Below, one piece after another: positions 16,009 through 20,000 of a DNA stretch of 20,000 bases. This DNA is from an uncultured virus (IMG/VR IMGVR_UViG_3300005588_000005). Its lineage: Duplodnaviria; Heunggongvirae; Uroviricota; Caudoviricetes. The position numbers and the translations under genes are program-made. The notes under the pieces are model-generated. The model was not told the DNA's origin. It saw only the letters and a program-made list of their open reading frames with translations, and made no database searches. Each line of letters begins with the position of its first letter. Position 1 is the first letter of the stretch. The stretch lies in the IMG/VR virus record IMGVR_UViG_3300005588_000005; one strand, written 5' to 3'.

Positions 16009-16044
16009 AAAAAAAGAACCGGCCTGCTGTGTCAGACCGGTTCT
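16009..16044 (-). terminator. Rho-independent terminator of the convergent minus-strand block
   Basis: AGAACCGG...CCGGTTCT stem preceded on the plus strand by an A run (T run on the minus strand). Confidence 0.8.
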
Positions 16045-16092
16045 GTCTCTAGGAGTTTACCTCAGGTGAGGTGCTCGAATTATAGCAATGGC

Positions 16093-16455
16093 TTAGCTCA
16101 ATGCTACTCCATCGTTTGAAGCAATGCGCCAAACGTACGCGGTACCCTTCTTGATCGACCGCAAGGTGATCTCATCGCCCGCGTCGGCCAGCGTCATCAC
16201 CGTGTTGCCGGTCTGGTTGATACCCGTCGCGGCCGTCACCGCAACATCACCGCCGCCGTCGGTTTGAAATCCAAGCGTAATCTGTAAACCGGCTTTTTCC
16301 GGATCGCTTAGCGTACGCGTTTCGCCAGAGGCGCCGGAAACGAGATTGACCACACCGCCCCAACGCTGGGGCGAGGCAATGTTTTTGCCGTCGCCCGGAT
16401 CGTCAATCTGGAAGTCGGCGTCGGCCATTTGCTCCGGTGCATTGTGTCCTGACAT
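16093..16455 (-). CDS. Beta-rich virion-like protein (possible head decoration protein)
   Basis: ATG 16455 with CAGGAG RBS; 120 aa, rich in G/T/A/D (ETRTLSDP, TDGGGDVAVT, DAGDEITL, WRIASNDG), a composition typical of virion proteins. Confidence 0.5.
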   Translation of the reverse strand: MSGHNAPEQMADADFQIDDPGDGKNIASPQRWGGVVNLVSGASGETRTLSDPEKAGLQITLGFQTDGGGDVAVTAATGINQTGNTVMTLADAGDEITLRSIKKGTAYVWRIASNDGVALS

Positions 16456-16541
16456 CTGAAATTCTCCTGAAAATGGAAAAAAGGTTGCAACCAATCAGGA
16501 CAATTTAACCGGCAATCGAAACCCGCGTCACTCAGAAATCC

Positions 16542-16811
16542 TCACGCTTCGGAGCCCACCACATCGCCAGGGCGAAGCACAGCACCATGATCAACCACAC
16601 TAGGGCGAATGGATTGATCAGGTACAGGATCGTCGTCTGGAACCATTCCATCATCTTCATTCCCCTCAAGTTCAGAACGTATTATCCGATGGTGATCAGA
16701 CGCCTTGATCCCAACTCGTACCCGATTCCCCTTCACGCCGAGGACAATGAACTCAATGTCTTGTCCAACGACTTGAATCCCTTCACCTGCTTTCCGTGAC
16801 AGTACCAACAT
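16542..16811 (-). CDS. csrA: Carbon storage regulator (CsrA/RsmA family) homolog
   Basis: MLVLSRKAGEGIQV...IEFIVLGVKGNRVRVGIKA...IIRSEL matches the CsrA consensus, including the conserved Arg of the C-terminal R-x-E motif; C-terminal extension; GGAG RBS. Confidence 0.9.
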   Translation of the reverse strand: MLVLSRKAGEGIQVVGQDIEFIVLGVKGNRVRVGIKASDHHRIIRSELEGNEDDGMVPDDDPVPDQSIRPSVVDHGAVLRPGDVVGSEA

Positions 16812-16920
16812 CCTAGAAACTCCAAAATTGAGAAACGAAACATTCCATGCTGCTGATTTATCAGATCGTCCGCATCCGGCGAAAGATCAGTTTTTTAATC
16901 GACATCAGGTTCGTCGTCGT

Positions 16921-17577
16921 TCATTCCTGCGTCACCGTCCTGCTGATCATTGAGGGTACGACGGCAACGATATTCAATTGGACTTCGAACGGGCCAAAGT
17001 AAGACGTTGCTTCACCAAAATGACACCACGCTTCGGCAAAGACTCGTTCCGTCGGAAACGTGCCAAGTTCCTTCACGAATTTGACCGCTGCTTCTTCCGC
17101 GTTGTTCGGAATCGATTCTTCCGCGCTGTAGTACTCGATGATCGGTTCTATATCGCCACACGACAAACGGACCAACATCCGATCCTGTGGCATACTGGTT
17201 ATCAGGTCAGACAGGGTGTCGTCATCGTCGTCAAACGTGTGGTCGTCGTCCTCGGCGATTTCGCTATCCGTCTCGTCGTCGTCCAGTTCCTCGTCATCCT
17301 CATCGTCTGGATCCGGGAACGTAACGATAAAAGAGTTTCGGACCGCCATGTCCGGGCAATCGCCGTTTTCCCTGTGAACGTTTAGCGGGTTGTTGCACTG
17401 CGGACACAAGAACCCAACCCAGCCGGTTTCTTCTTCTTCGACAAGCGCCGGCCTCTTGTCGGTCGCGTCGCGGACAACGACATACCGGCGTTTCTTCCGT
17501 GGCTTCGGTGCAGGAGCCTTGTTCTGGACTTCCGATTGCAATTGCGCGCGGCGGACTCGGCGTTTTTTTCTGGTCAT
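16921..17577 (-). CDS. Hypothetical protein (basic N-terminus, CPQC, acidic tract)
   Basis: Likely start ATG 17577 (MTRKKRRVRR); in operon context. Confidence 0.6.
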   Translation of the reverse strand: MTRKKRRVRRAQLQSEVQNKAPAPKPRKKRRYVVVRDATDKRPALVEEEETGWVGFLCPQCNNPLNVHRENGDCPDMAVRNSFIVTFPDPDDEDDEELDDDETDSEIAEDDDHTFDDDDDTLSDLITSMPQDRMLVRLSCGDIEPIIEYYSAEESIPNNAEEAAVKFVKELGTFPTERVFAEAWCHFGEATSYFGPFEVQLNIVAVVPSMISRTVTQE

Positions 17578-17607
17578 AATCAATTCCAAAGGTTAGAGAG
17601 ACAAAAA

Positions 17608-18273
17608 TTACTTGGTCCAGTCGTCGTCGTCATTGGCGAAGGCGTCGGGCAGTGTACCGTTATCCAACGCGTGCAAATACGTGTTGGTGATGCTGATATT
17701 GCAGTGTCCTGCAGCGTCGCGGACGGCGGCGGCAGAGTGGCCGATATTGAGCATGTGAGAGCAGAACGAATGTCGGCCAGAGTGCGGGCTTAGTTGCTTG
17801 CATCGTTCTTCACCGAGACACCGTATCGCGTTCATGAATCGACGGTACATCTTCTTGCGTTCGACGATCTTGGTTTGGTCGCGCTGGTACGGGTGCATGA
17901 TGAAGTAGGCCGTCGGATTGTCGTTCGTCTGTAACATCCGGTAGTTCCAGAAGTCTTCGAGGTCGAACTTGGTCCCGTGGTCCCACCACAGTGGAATTTT
18001 GCGTGGACGTGGGTTCGGGCCTTTCGTCGCTTCCTTCCGTACCTGGACATACGGGCGTTCGCCGGCAAAGTGAAAGTCTCGCAATTGGGAGTGTTGAATC
18101 TCCTTGCATCGCATCCCGCAGCATGTCGCCAGGCGGAAAACCGCGAGGTTCCGAAAATGGCTCTCGGAGTGGACACCGGTGGTCGACGTCCGCTTAGCTC
18201 TGAGGTCGTCCACCACCTTGAGGATTTCCGGAAGCAGGAAAACACGCGTCTGAAGTTCGATCAGGCTATTCAT
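17608..18273 (-). CDS. Tyrosine recombinase, catalytic domain only
   Basis: RNLAVFRLATCCGMRCKEI (R), TKG (K), PHSGRHSF (HxxR), AGHCNISITNTYLH (H, Y); 221 aa. Confidence 0.92.
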   Translation of the reverse strand: MNSLIELQTRVFLLPEILKVVDDLRAKRTSTTGVHSESHFRNLAVFRLATCCGMRCKEIQHSQLRDFHFAGERPYVQVRKEATKGPNPRPRKIPLWWDHGTKFDLEDFWNYRMLQTNDNPTAYFIMHPYQRDQTKIVERKKMYRRFMNAIRCLGEERCKQLSPHSGRHSFCSHMLNIGHSAAAVRDAAGHCNISITNTYLHALDNGTLPDAFANDDDDWTK

Positions 18274-18886
18274 TCTCGTTTCTCTCCTTTCGCTTTTGTC
18301 GGTACAGGAACTTCACAAGGTCGACGTATCGGATCCGGAGCAACCGCCTGCTGCCTTCCGTTCGGCTGACATCGCATGTTCGCAGGCCGTTGGAAACCCA
18401 CACGTTGACCGTTGTTCGATGAACGCGGCACAGTTCGGCCACTTCGCTTACGGTAAGCAGTTCGCTAGGAAGGAATTTCATGACTTCTTTCAGAGTGATT
18501 CGAAAGGGCGCCCGTGGTGACGTCAGTTCAAGATACGACACAAGGTCAAAATCCTTCGGTCTCTTCGATGCCAACAACGCGAGTTGCCAGGCTTCTTCGT
18601 GCAACTGACGATCGGTGAATGCGCCGTTACATGACCAGCAGAGGACCAGCGTCGCATACCGTTTATCCAACGCTTTCTGGCGATCCGGACCGCAGCAGAT
18701 CTCGTGAACACACAATTGCGAAAGTTCCAGCGGCAAGCTGTAGTCCGGATCGTTTTCGGAATGTCCGCAGTTCTCGCATTCGCCGGCCTCCTTAATCAGA
18801 GCCAGGCGTTTCGGTTTGGCTTCGGCTTCCCGCTTCCGTCTCTTCTCGCTCATTCTTCGCATTTTCCTGTCGCTCATTCTTCGCAC
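18266..18886 (-). CDS. HNH-like Zn domain fused to excisionase/MerR-type HTH
   Basis: N-terminal CENC...VHEI...LVLCWSCN; C-terminal LLTVSEVAELCRVHRTTVNVWVSNGL...LRIRYVDLVKFL. Start uncertain (18886, 18877, 18862 or 18853). Confidence 0.7.
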   Translation of the reverse strand: MRRMSDRKMRRMSEKRRKREAEAKPKRLALIKEAGECENCGHSENDPDYSLPLELSQLCVHEICCGPDRQKALDKRYATLVLCWSCNGAFTDRQLHEEAWQLALLASKRPKDFDLVSYLELTSPRAPFRITLKEVMKFLPSELLTVSEVAELCRVHRTTVNVWVSNGLRTCDVSRTEGSRRLLRIRYVDLVKFLYRQKRKERNENE

Positions 18887-19259
18887 TTCTCGGATCCTCG
18901 ATAACGATGGCTATGCCGCTGATCATTTGGAATGGACTTGTTCTTGCACCTGATTCCCTGACGTCTTCATCGACCAACTTTTTCAAGTCGTCCGCGTAAT
19001 GAATGCAGGCGAACATCACATTGTTTTTGATGCGTGTTTTATGCCCACAAAATTCGCATGGTTTTGCCCGAGAATTAAATTCTGATTCGGCTTCCTTTTG
19101 TTCCGCTCGGATCCTCTGTTGTACTTCCGCAGTCCGTTGCAGTAACGAACGTGTGATCGTCGGCAATTGCTGGCTGATTGAATGCCGTGGGTCGGCGGAC
19201 AGACCCGTGTCGGGAACCGTATCCCAAATCGGTGGTTTTCGTCGTTTAGGCGGTTTCAT
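18792..19259 (-). CDS. Hypothetical protein (CEFC motif)
   Basis: ATG 19259 (MKPPKRRKPP) with CAGGAG RBS. Confidence 0.55.
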   Translation of the reverse strand: MKPPKRRKPPIWDTVPDTGLSADPRHSISQQLPTITRSLLQRTAEVQQRIRAEQKEAESEFNSRAKPCEFCGHKTRIKNNVMFACIHYADDLKKLVDEDVRESGARTSPFQMISGIAIVIEDPRSAKNERQENAKNEREETEAGSRSQTETPGSD

Positions 19260-19306
19260 CTTCGTCTCCTGGGCGATCGGCCCGTTGTTCGTTGACACTA
19301 TTCCAA

Positions 19307-19519
19307 TTAACTGTAATGACCATCGGTCACAAGATTTAAGCCGAATGGCCCACGGCTTCTCTCCACACACTTACTCGGAAATCCAGTGCCTTTTTCGTGC
19401 GGAATCAAAACACGAATCTCTGACCCATCTGGCCGACTCAAAGTAACCGTGTAGTCATCGGCATCATGCTGGCACCGCACGACGACCACCTGCGGTTCTC
19501 GTTCTTCAGGTTGGTTCAT
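19307..19519 (-). CDS. Small hypothetical protein
   Basis: 70 aa; GGAG RBS; overlaps the upstream stop. Confidence 0.55.
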   Translation of the reverse strand: MNQPEEREPQVVVVRCQHDADDYTVTLSRPDGSEIRVLIPHEKGTGFPSKCVERSRGPFGLNLVTDGHYS

Positions 19520-19838
19520 CTTCGTCTCCGTAAATAAGTTCGTCGTAACCGTCTCGGTACCGAATCAAGATCCGAGTCAGCGGGATGTATTCCGTCAGGT
19601 AGACGCACTTGAAAAGGTCCATCAGAACGGAAATGATCTCGCGATTGCTCGGCTTCCAGAATTGATTCAACTGGTCGAATAGAGCAAACGCCCGAGGACA
19701 GAGCGTGAATTTTGTGTTGACCCGCCCTCGATCGACAAGTTCGGTCAGCGCGCCCATCACCCAAAGGTGCGGACGGTTCTCTTCTTCAATGTCCTCTGCA
19801 CGTTTGACAGAGTCGTCGTCTCCCAGGTCTTCAAACAT
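19506..19838 (-). CDS. Hypothetical protein
   Basis: 110 aa; GAGG upstream; start overlaps the upstream gene's end. Confidence 0.6.
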   Translation of the reverse strand: MFEDLGDDDSVKRAEDIEEENRPHLWVMGALTELVDRGRVNTKFTLCPRAFALFDQLNQFWKPSNREIISVLMDLFKCVYLTEYIPLTRILIRYRDGYDELIYGDEDEPT

Positions 19839-19998
19839 CGCTCTTTGGCCTCAAAATGGACATGGCTTCGGAGTGTGCTTCCTCGTACCCGTCTCCGATA
19901 CGGCAGTACAACCGTTTCTTTAGATCCTTTGGAAGCGACGAATAGCACTTCCGGCAGAACGACATGTGAGTGTTTTTCGTCCCTCCGCACTGGCAGGT
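19831..19998 (-). CDS. C-terminal part of a Cys-containing phage protein (enters from the window edge)
   Basis: Manual translation TCQCGGTKNTHMSFCRKCYSSLPKDLKKRLYCRIGDGYEEAHSEAMSILRPKSDV*; not in the ORF track. Confidence 0.6.
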   Translation of the reverse strand, partial: TCQCGGTKNTHMSFCRKCYSSLPKDLKKRLYCRIGDGYEEAHSEAMSILRPKSDV

Positions 19999-20000
19999 CT

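Noticed and set aside
10733..16090. Plus-strand block as an invertible segment flipped by the tyrosine recombinase
   Set aside because: I found no long flanking inverted repeats by eye. The only inverted match (leader versus 15927-15956) is split by a 10-nt insert and lies in hairpins, which fits RNA pairing better. The block also has its own correctly oriented terminator.

Overview
This 20-kb window is a segment of a tailed dsDNA phage or prophage. The host is possibly a Planctomycete, a tentative inference from the style of the CsrA homolog. It has three blocks. (1) 1-9834, minus strand: a head/packaging operon running putative small terminase > multi-domain accessory protein > degenerate terminase-ATPase paralog > large terminase > Zn-finger gene > portal > three small CxxC genes > conserved small protein > scaffold-like protein > start of the major capsid protein. 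(2) 10929-15910, plus strand: a block of small early-type genes plus an orphan C5 DNA methyltransferase. It is separated from block 1 by a non-coding region where strand composition flips from C/A-rich to G/T-rich. (3) 16093-20000, minus strand: a decoration-like protein, CsrA, a short tyrosine recombinase, an HNH-like/excisionase-HTH fusion and hypothetical genes. Three observations stand out. First, a catalytically dead copy of the terminase ATPase domain lies directly upstream of terL. Second, a structured ~90-nt RNA candidate at 15911-16000 has two hairpins complementary to a repeated translation-initiation leader in front of two (possibly three) plus-strand genes, an architecture like P1 c4 antisense RNA. 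Third, a fusion protein joins two phage domains associated with anti-defence proteins to an RNA polymerase alpha-CTD-like domain. All homology calls come from reading motifs by eye; no searches were run.
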